DNA of 58,041 nucleotides from Minisyncoccia bacterium (lineage in GTDB: Bacteria; Patescibacteriota; Minisyncoccia; Phycocordibacterales; GWA1-40-21): contig JBIIYK010000001.1 in the NCBI GenBank assembly GCA_044346845.1, positions 1 through 58,041 on the forward strand, in the 5' to 3' direction. The position numbers and the translations under genes are program-made. Positions 26,680 through 32,362 of this stretch are shown piece by piece (the first letter of the stretch is position 1; each line of letters opens with the position of its first letter). The notes under the pieces were generated by a model, which did not search any database, was not told the DNA's origin, and saw nothing but the letters and a program-made list of their open reading frames with translations.

Positions 26680-27408
26680 ATGAAAAAAAGTGCCTTAATC
26701 ATCTTAGATGGGACTATGAAAGGAGCATATACTGTTGGTATTTTGCGTGTTTTTTACGAAAAATTAGGTCTAAATTATTTTGATTCGATATATTCTTTTT
26801 CCGTGGGCATATTTGAGCAAGCATTTTTTGTTGCCAACCAGCCGGAAACAATGGAAAACACCTGGCGAAATTATGTCAGTGGAAGTAAATTGATTAACCC
26901 TTTTAATGTATTTAGAGGTAAGGCAATTTTAGATCTAGATTATCTTACTGGGTTATTTCAAACAGAAATGTCTTTGCTCAATATTAAACAAATGCTTATA
27001 TCTCCAATAAATATTTATTGTTTTGTTACAGATCATAGTACACGCTTACCTGTGATACTTAATCTAAAGGAAGGGGAAAATATCTTTGATATTATGCGTG
27101 CTTCTTGTGCTGTCCCTCTCTTATATCCTCCTGTGAAAATTGGGAACAAAAAATATATTGATGGGGTATTTGCATGTAAGAAAAAAATTATGATGGAGAT
27201 CAAACGAATTTGTGACCGGTTCGATGAGATTATTGTAATAAGTAATTCAGGTAGTATTAGATTTTTACCTACTAATCCAAAAATTAAATTACTTAGGCCT
27301 TCTGATATGCCATTGTGGCATCCTCTTGATACTAATCGTTCCAGAATTATTAAAACAATTGAACAAGGAAAGATGGATGCGTTAGAGTTTTTGCAAAATC
27401 AAGGATAG
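26680..27408 (+). CDS. patatin-like phospholipase (cassette 2)
   Basis: 242 aa. Oxyanion-region LDGTMKGAYTVG, nucleophile-elbow-like SFSVG, and catalytic Asp motif IDGVFA. It has its own promoter: TTGTCA-N16-TATAAT (26645-26672), 7 nt before the ATG. Confidence 0.7.
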   Translation: MKKSALIILDGTMKGAYTVGILRVFYEKLGLNYFDSIYSFSVGIFEQAFFVANQPETMENTWRNYVSGSKLINPFNVFRGKAILDLDYLTGLFQTEMSLLNIKQMLISPINIYCFVTDHSTRLPVILNLKEGENIFDIMRASCAVPLLYPPVKIGNKKYIDGVFACKKKIMMEIKRICDRFDEIIVISNSGSIRFLPTNPKIKLLRPSDMPLWHPLDTNRSRIIKTIEQGKMDALEFLQNQG

Positions 27409-27436
27409 GTGTTTGACTATGTGCAAACATAATCAG

Positions 27437-27474
27437 TAAAACAAGTTCTAACGTCCTCTAGCCAGTGGAGCAAA
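27437..27474. repeat. junction element B, left half
   Basis: TAAAACAAGTTCTAACGTCCTCTAGCCAGTGGAGCAAA aligns with the left half of A and with C (GTCCTCTAGCCAGTGGAGCAAA vs ATCCTCTAGTCACTGGAGTAAA, 19/22). Confidence 0.6.
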
Positions 27475-27727
27475 TGAAAACCCCTTGAAAAAGGGTGTTT
27501 TTATTTGCTCCGTGAGAAAGTGATATGTATCACTTTCGTGGTAGGCGATTAGAAAATCGAACCGAGAGGAGTCGAACGGCAGAGCGTTATGAGGTTAGCA
27601 GACCGAATCGCGAGCCAGTGCCCAGACAAAGTTTTTTGACGAAAAAACCCTAGTCGAGGGAGATATCCCTACCCATAGGACTGCGATTTAAACAAATTGA
27701 GTACAATTTAATAAATCGGGGGCCCAC
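27475..27727 (+). mobile_element. 253-bp GC-rich non-coding insert I splitting junction element B, flanked by direct GGAGCAA repeats
   Basis: Filled site versus empty site: A reads TGGAGCAAAATTTCTAGCC without interruption. B reads TGGAGCAAA[253 bp]GGAGCAAGTTTTCTAGCC. The insert carries a terminator-like hairpin (27467-27511), a 9-10 bp hairpin (27517-27538), a structured core (27538-27675) and fragments identical to the tRNA-Asn 3' end. Confidence 0.5.
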
Positions 27728-27791
27728 GGAGCAAGTTTTCTAGCCTTATAAATCAAAGGTTATTTTCCTTACCCCGAGGCTAAATTCAAAC
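27728..27791. repeat. junction element B, right half
   Basis: GGAGCAAGTTTTCTAGCCTTATAAATCAAAGGTTATTTTCCTTACCCCGAGGCTAAATTCAAAC aligns along its whole length with 26574-26635 of element A. Confidence 0.6.
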
Positions 27792-27794
27792 CTC

Positions 27795-27824
27795 TTGCAT
27801 AAGATTGTGATATTGTGATATAAT
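27795..27824 (+). promoter_or_regulatory. sigma70-type promoter TTGCAT-N18-TGATATAAT driving a tiny unit
   Basis: TTGCAT at 27795-27800 and TGaTATAAT at 27816-27824. A tandem ATTGTGAT ATTGTGAT repeat and the GTGATA/TATCAC inverted repeat overlap it. Confidence 0.5.
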
Positions 27825-27846
27825 ACTGTTATCACTATGAAAGAGA

Positions 27847-27885
27847 CCCTTGTGTAGATCTGTCTACACCGGGGGCTTTTTCTTT
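27847..27885 (+). terminator. intrinsic terminator of the tiny plus-strand unit, abutting the NYN gene stop
   Basis: CCCTTGTGTAGA-TCTG-TCTACACCGGG stem followed by GGCTTTTTCTTTT. Confidence 0.55.
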
Positions 27886-28373
27886 TAGGAAGAGACTTTA
27901 TTGGAAAATTTATGATAATGCTCGTTTAAAAAAGTAATTTCAATATTTTTATTTCGTAGTAAAAAAGAGCATTTCTTTTTATCAGGGGCAATAATTTGAC
28001 TCATGGATTTTTTCTCTTTCAAAAATTCTACCAAACAACCAAAATCACCATCGCCAGTAATTAAAATGCAAGAAGAAAATGATTTCTCATAAAAATCAGA
28101 CGTAGCTTTTAATACCAATTCAGCGTCACAGTTTCCTTTCACTTTCTCTCCAATAGAGACTGTTTGTTTAAAAACTAAAATATAGCCACAACTTTGTAAG
28201 TGTTCGTAAAACTTTACTCTTTCCGGTACTAAACCAATGAATAAATAGACAAAATTTGGATTGTATTTTTGACGAAGCCAGCCTCTAAATTTTTTATAAT
28301 CAATTTCAAAGCCGAGCTCTTTGGCTGATCGATATAAATTATTACCGTCGATGTAGATATTTATTTTATTCAC
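27885..28373 (-). CDS. NYN-domain (LabA/DUF88-like) putative ribonuclease (cassette 3)
   Basis: 162 aa. IYIDGNNLY and ITGDGDF acidic motifs. GTG start, 6 nt downstream of an extended -10 TGATATAAT (minus strand, 28380-28388). Confidence 0.7.
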   Translation of the reverse strand: MNKINIYIDGNNLYRSAKELGFEIDYKKFRGWLRQKYNPNFVYLFIGLVPERVKFYEHLQSCGYILVFKQTVSIGEKVKGNCDAELVLKATSDFYEKSFSSCILITGDGDFGCLVEFLKEKKSMSQIIAPDKKKCSFLLRNKNIEITFLNEHYHKFSNKVSS

Positions 28374-28418
28374 GCGGTGATTATATCATAAATATTTAAA
28401 ATAACGGTTAAATATATA

Positions 28419-28457
28419 GAAAATAGTTTCTAATATCCTCTAGTCACTGGAGTAAAA
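28419..28457. repeat. junction element C (left half only)
   Basis: GAAAATAGTTTCTAATATCCTCTAGTCACTGGAGTAAAA aligns with the left halves of A and B. Confidence 0.55.
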
Positions 28458-28458
28458 T

Positions 28459-28486
28459 AAAAGACCACCGTTTGGTGGTTTTTTTG
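28459..28486. terminator. terminator-like hairpin following junction element C
   Basis: ACCACC-GTTT-GGTGGT stem with a T-run after it and an A-rich run before it. Confidence 0.5.
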
Positions 28487-28616
28487 TTTAGTACAAAGTA
28501 TTGACAAAAAAGGTAATAAGTTATAAACTAAAATTAGAATTAGTGTGTTAGGAATAATAAAGCAGGCATAATGCAGGCTATTCCTAATATTGAAAATTGG
28601 TCAGAAGGGAGATAAA

Positions 28617-29075
28617 ATGAATATTTCGCGGAAAATATGGCTAGTAGCGGTGCATCTTTTGGTGGCGGGATTTATTATCGGATGCGAACAATCCGGAGAT
28701 GAGTCCGGATTTGCCCTGTCGACTTGTAAGACACAAGGATTCCCAAACTTTAGTGGTGCGGCATCTGCTGAGGGTTCGGCTCCCGGGAGCATGGTGTTCA
28801 ATTGTCTTGGGGTTACCATGGTTTCTCCCTCAACAATGTTTGTTTCGTTCCAATATCGGGCAAGCGCGAGCAGCACTTACGAGAAAGCGTCATTTGCCGT
28901 CTATATTAAGAACCACCTTGCGCAAAAAATGAGTTTTGCTAACCCGTCAGACAGCATGGGATCGTTTGTGGTTGCAATTCCGGCAGGATGCGCGCCAGAT
29001 GATGTCAGTTTCTGTGCTTACTCTGGCGATTGGGGGGTGTCAGTTCTTATCGACGAAATCTCTTTTCAGCAATAA
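28617..29075 (+). CDS. GC-rich lipoprotein of unknown function (cassette 4)
   Basis: 152 aa from ATG 28617, with SD AGGGA 7 nt upstream. Signal peptide with lipobox FIIGC. Hand counts give 48-50% GC at 28641-28760, against about 33% in the flanks. The track ORF starts at TTG 28590. Confidence 0.6.
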   Translation: MNISRKIWLVAVHLLVAGFIIGCEQSGDESGFALSTCKTQGFPNFSGAASAEGSAPGSMVFNCLGVTMVSPSTMFVSFQYRASASSTYEKASFAVYIKNHLAQKMSFANPSDSMGSFVVAIPAGCAPDDVSFCAYSGDWGVSVLIDEISFQQ

Positions 29076-29083
29076 TCGTTCAC

Positions 29084-29114
29084 ATGCCCCGCGGTAATAC
29101 CAAAGGGCATTTTT
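29084..29114 (+). terminator. intrinsic terminator of the lipoprotein gene
   Basis: ATGCCC...GGGCAT stem followed by TTTT. Confidence 0.55.
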
Positions 29115-29118
29115 AAAT

Positions 29119-29280
29119 ATGCACAACGGACCAGTAGAATTACTTATTTCTTTTTTAAACCTTTCTCATGTTTCAGAAATTTTGGATTTTTCTATAGCTA
29201 GTCTAATTACGGGGGCTATTATTGGTTTGATAATCGCTCTAATTTATAGACAGATAAAAAATAAAAAAGAAATTATTTAA
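29119..29280 (+). CDS. possible 53-aa single-TM peptide
   Basis: My own translation: MHNGPVELLISFLNLSHVSEILDFSIASLITGAIIGLIIALIYRQIKNKKEII. It is below the track cutoff and has no clear SD or promoter. Confidence 0.3.
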   Translation: MHNGPVELLISFLNLSHVSEILDFSIASLITGAIIGLIIALIYRQIKNKKEII

Positions 29281-29461
29281 TAATTTATACTAAACTCAAT
29301 AAATGAACCATTTCTTTATTATTTACCTCCAAATCTCCTATAGAATTACCCCAATCAAAAGTTCGAAAGCTGTCCCACCAAGAGAGCCCAATTTTTAATC
29401 ATATATTTGCATTCTTATATAGGAAGTCTATAATACAGAGTATATTAATTAAATAAAAAAT

Positions 29462-29848
29462 ATGGAAAAAATGACACCAGAAAGTAATCCTCAAGATAAT
29501 CTAAATCTAGCCCAAACACAATCAACTGAGTCGGCTGAATCAACACAATCAACCGAGTCAATACAACAAGATTTTAACGAGTTTAAGGAAATATTCCCTA
29601 TTGCTCAAGTTTACGATGATTATATATTCAGAATAGATACTTATCCAACCACAATGGAAGGTTCAAATGGTAATGGCATTAAAATATGGATTACTCCACT
29701 TTATGATAATACTTACAAGATCGAATATGAAGCACAAGCGGATTGGCAAATATCTATACCTAAAAAGACCGTTTCCGAAAAAATGTCAAAAAAGGACGTC
29801 CTGTATTACCTAGATAAAGCCCAAAATCTTCAAAAATTTAATAAATAA
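29462..29848 (+). CDS. hypothetical protein with N-terminal STES-rich low-complexity region
   Basis: 128-aa ORF. Upstream promoter TTGCAT-N16-TATAAT at about 29407-29434. Confidence 0.5.
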   Translation: MEKMTPESNPQDNLNLAQTQSTESAESTQSTESIQQDFNEFKEIFPIAQVYDDYIFRIDTYPTTMEGSNGNGIKIWITPLYDNTYKIEYEAQADWQISIPKKTVSEKMSKKDVLYYLDKAQNLQKFNK

Positions 29849-29880
29849 AATTTATTTGTATACGTGCATAAGGTATCCCC

Positions 29881-31101
29881 ATGAATAAAAAAAGATTATT
29901 CCAGTGGTCATTGTATGATTTTGCTAATTCTTTTGTTTTTATAAATTTTTTACTATATTTTTCCCAGTGGATGGTAATTGATGGCGGGCTATCTGATTTT
30001 TGTTATAACGCCATTTTTGCTATAACATCTATCTTGTTATTTTTGTCAGCTCCAACACTAGCTTCTTTTACAGATAAATATGGTGGTAGAAAATACTTAT
30101 TAAATTATGCCACCATAGGTACATTTTTAGGCTATGGCCTGGCTACAGTTTTTGCCTATCTGGGAACCCAATATATATTTATTGTTGCTATCTTTTTCTT
30201 GCTTGGACAATATTTTTATCAACTCTCTTTCGTTTTTTATAATACTTTGATTGAAGATGTAGCTGATGAAGAACACCGGGCCAGAGTTTCTGGAATCGGA
30301 CAGTTTTCTAATAGTATGGGTCAAGTAGCGGGCCTTTTAATTGCCTTACCATTATCCGCCACCAGATTACAGCCATTATTCCCATCACTGATTATTTTTA
30401 TTTTATTAGCTTTACCAATGATGATTTCTTTTGTTGATAGCAAACCGAAAAATAACAAACTTACCATAAAAGTTTTGCGAGAAGGTGAAAAAGAATATAT
30501 TAAAAAAATGGTAGCTTTCTTTTCTGTTTCAGTGGCAGTTCCATTACTCGTTGCTTTCTTCTTCTTTAATGACGCTCTCCTAACCTTGTCTAATAATTTT
30601 GCTATCTATATGGAGAGAGTTTTTGCTGTTTCTGACGATGTTAAAAATTATCTTTTATTAGCTATTCTTTTTATGGGTGGAATTGGAGCTTTTGTCGCTG
30701 GCTGGATAGCTGATAGATTTGGTGATTTAAAGATTTTAAAAATTATCTTGGCTTGCTGGGTGGTTCTAATTCCTGCTCTAGCTTTTTGCCAAGGAATGGT
30801 TTCTTTAACTATTTGCACTGTTCTTCTAGGTTTTTTAATGGGACCAATCTGGACTATTTCTCGGTCATATTTAAGTAAGACATTAGCTAAAGAAGACTTA
30901 ACTTACGGTTTTACTTTTTACACTTTAGCTGAAAGGTTTGCTACTTTATTTGGTCCGCTGACGTGGGGAGGTATTATTGCTGTTATGGGTATTGAAAGTA
31001 TAAATTATCGCATAGCAATGTTCACGATGGTTATCTATATCATTCTAGGTCTAGTTGTTTTATTAAAGTGGAAAAGAGAACCAAAAAATTTGCACTTGTA
31101 G
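29881..31101 (+). CDS. MFS transporter, UMF1 (Atg22-like) family
   Basis: 406 aa with about 12 TM segments. N-terminal WSLYDFANSF, typical of UMF1. Confidence 0.75.
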   Translation: MNKKRLFQWSLYDFANSFVFINFLLYFSQWMVIDGGLSDFCYNAIFAITSILLFLSAPTLASFTDKYGGRKYLLNYATIGTFLGYGLATVFAYLGTQYIFIVAIFFLLGQYFYQLSFVFYNTLIEDVADEEHRARVSGIGQFSNSMGQVAGLLIALPLSATRLQPLFPSLIIFILLALPMMISFVDSKPKNNKLTIKVLREGEKEYIKKMVAFFSVSVAVPLLVAFFFFNDALLTLSNNFAIYMERVFAVSDDVKNYLLLAILFMGGIGAFVAGWIADRFGDLKILKIILACWVVLIPALAFCQGMVSLTICTVLLGFLMGPIWTISRSYLSKTLAKEDLTYGFTFYTLAERFATLFGPLTWGGIIAVMGIESINYRIAMFTMVIYIILGLVVLLKWKREPKNLHL

Positions 31102-31171
31102 ATAGGATTTTCTTTGCTATACTTAAGGTATACAAAAAGTAGTCACCTGTATATAATTCATCATAAATAAA

Positions 31172-31570
31172 ATGAACAATGCATATAATTGGTATTCAAC
31201 TTTAATAAAACCATCTTGGGCGCCACCCTCCTGGCTATTTGGACCAGTGTGGACGGTGCTCTATGTTATTATCGCGGTGACATATGGAACGGTGTTTTAT
31301 AAAACTTTTACCGGTAAACTGTCTTGGGTGATTGCTCTACCTTTTGTGCTTAATTTAATTTTCAACTTTGCTTTTACTCCTTTGCAGTTTGGCTTGAAAA
31401 ATAATTTATTTGCAGCAGTAGATATTATTCTAGTGCTTGGAACACTCATCTGGGCACTCATAGCTATTTGGCCGCACTTTCGTTTTATCGCCTTAGCAAA
31501 CATCCCATATCTTGTTTGGGTGTCTTTTGCTACTATTCTTCAGTTAACAATAACTTGGATAAATAGGTAA
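31172..31570 (+). CDS. tspO: TspO/MBR tryptophan-rich sensory protein
   Basis: 132 aa, five TM segments, and the motif KPSWAPPSWLFGPVWTVLY. Confidence 0.8.
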   Translation: MNNAYNWYSTLIKPSWAPPSWLFGPVWTVLYVIIAVTYGTVFYKTFTGKLSWVIALPFVLNLIFNFAFTPLQFGLKNNLFAAVDIILVLGTLIWALIAIWPHFRFIALANIPYLVWVSFATILQLTITWINR

Positions 31571-31576
31571 AATAAT

Positions 31577-31915
31577 ATGCGGGTATGGGATATAAATCCA
31601 AAATATTTGTGTCGAAAACATTTACTTGCCGAACACCGTGAGCTTCATGGACTTTGGAATATTTTAACTAAACACAAAGGTAAGGGTGGATATTCAAGAC
31701 ATCCTGAAACTTTACGTTGGGTTGGTAAAACTTTCGCTCTATATGAGCGTCACGAAGCTCTAATACGAGAATTTAAAAAACGTGAATACAATCATCATAC
31801 CCCACTAGATAAGCATTTAGCTTGTGGAGATAAAAAACAAAAAGTTCTTATTAATACTATAGCTGAACAGAAGGTCATACTCTACAATAAACCCTGCGAA
31901 TGTTTTAGAGATTGA
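31577..31915 (+). CDS. pyrimidine dimer DNA glycosylase (endonuclease V/DenV-like, Pyr_excise family)
   Basis: 112 aa. MRVWDINPKYLCRKHLLAEHRELHGLWNIL is typical of this family. Confidence 0.65.
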   Translation: MRVWDINPKYLCRKHLLAEHRELHGLWNILTKHKGKGGYSRHPETLRWVGKTFALYERHEALIREFKKREYNHHTPLDKHLACGDKKQKVLINTIAEQKVILYNKPCECFRD

Positions 31916-32011
31916 TTTTTTGATAATGCAGTTTATAAATCCTTGCATTTTGAATAAAAAAGAATTAATGTAATGTCTGACATAAGTTCCTAACCCAAGG
32001 AGATCCAACGC

Positions 32012-32215
32012 ATGCCGGAATATACTCTTAGTTATTATAACCGCGATACCCAGCTCGCGCCTGGGGCTAAGCCAGGTGCTGATACATCCACTCATCTCAA
32101 GCACTCATTTGATGCGCCAGATGATGTTGCGGCCCGTGAACATGTCCGCAAGTTCGTTTCGGGGAAATCTCATTTCCCCATCTCCCTCTCCAAGGAGGTC
32201 AGCTTGAAAGACTAA
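32012..32215 (+). CDS. GC-rich 67-aa protein of unknown function
   Basis: SD AAGGAG 8 nt upstream of the ATG. It has its own strong terminator. Its composition is clearly GC-rich relative to the flanks. Confidence 0.45.
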   Translation: MPEYTLSYYNRDTQLAPGAKPGADTSTHLKHSFDAPDDVAAREHVRKFVSGKSHFPISLSKEVSLKD

Positions 32216-32254
32216 TCACTTGATTAGCCAGTAAGTTATCAGCGCTTTCTAACC

Positions 32255-32284
32255 CCAACCCCTTTCCGCTGGGGTTGGTTTTTT
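32255..32284 (+). terminator. intrinsic terminator of the 67-aa gene
   Basis: Perfect 8-bp GC stem CCAACCCC/GGGGTTGG plus TTTTTT. Confidence 0.8.
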
Positions 32285-32304
32285 AAATACAAATTATAAT
32301 TTTG

Positions 32305-32313
32305 TGATATAAT
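32305..32313 (+). promoter_or_regulatory. extended -10 box TGATATAAT upstream of the second kinase
   Basis: It ends 7 nt before the ATG at 32321. Confidence 0.5.
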
Positions 32314-32320
32314 GGGACGC

Positions 32321-32362
32321 ATGGCGCTTCAGTGTATTATTTTATTAATTATTATCCTATGA
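32321..32362 (+). CDS. possible leaderless 13-aa hydrophobic uORF (MALQCIILLIIIL) coupled to the kinase
   Basis: The ATG lies 7 nt after the -10 box. Its TGA stop (32360-32362) overlaps the kinase ATG (32359-32361) as ATGA. Confidence 0.3.
   Translation: MALQCIILLIIIL

Noticed and set aside
27475-27727. tmRNA or SRP RNA identity for insert I, and also for the 47.2-48.1 kb RNAs
   Set aside because: GGAGTCGAACGG superficially resembles the tmRNA GGAUUCGACGGG. However, there is no GGGG 5' end, no tag ORF ending in an Ala-rich tail, and no ...CUCCACCA 3' end. I saw no SRP domain IV motif (GNAR loop with AGCAGC) on either strand.
26543-28457. Classical integron (attC sites plus intI)
   Set aside because: The junction repeats are imperfect palindromes, but they lack a clear RYYYAAC...GTTRRRY pair. 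One cassette is inverted, and there is no intI or any recombinase. I kept it only as an integron-like analogy in the findings.
28601-28932. Overlapping ORFs 28601-28876(-) and 28699-28932(+) in the lipoprotein islet, and likewise 34339-34584, 34616-35029 and 34863-35066 in the 34-35 kb islet
   Set aside because: High-GC DNA produces long alternative-frame ORFs by chance. The chosen frames have signal peptides, SD sites and terminators, and the alternatives do not.
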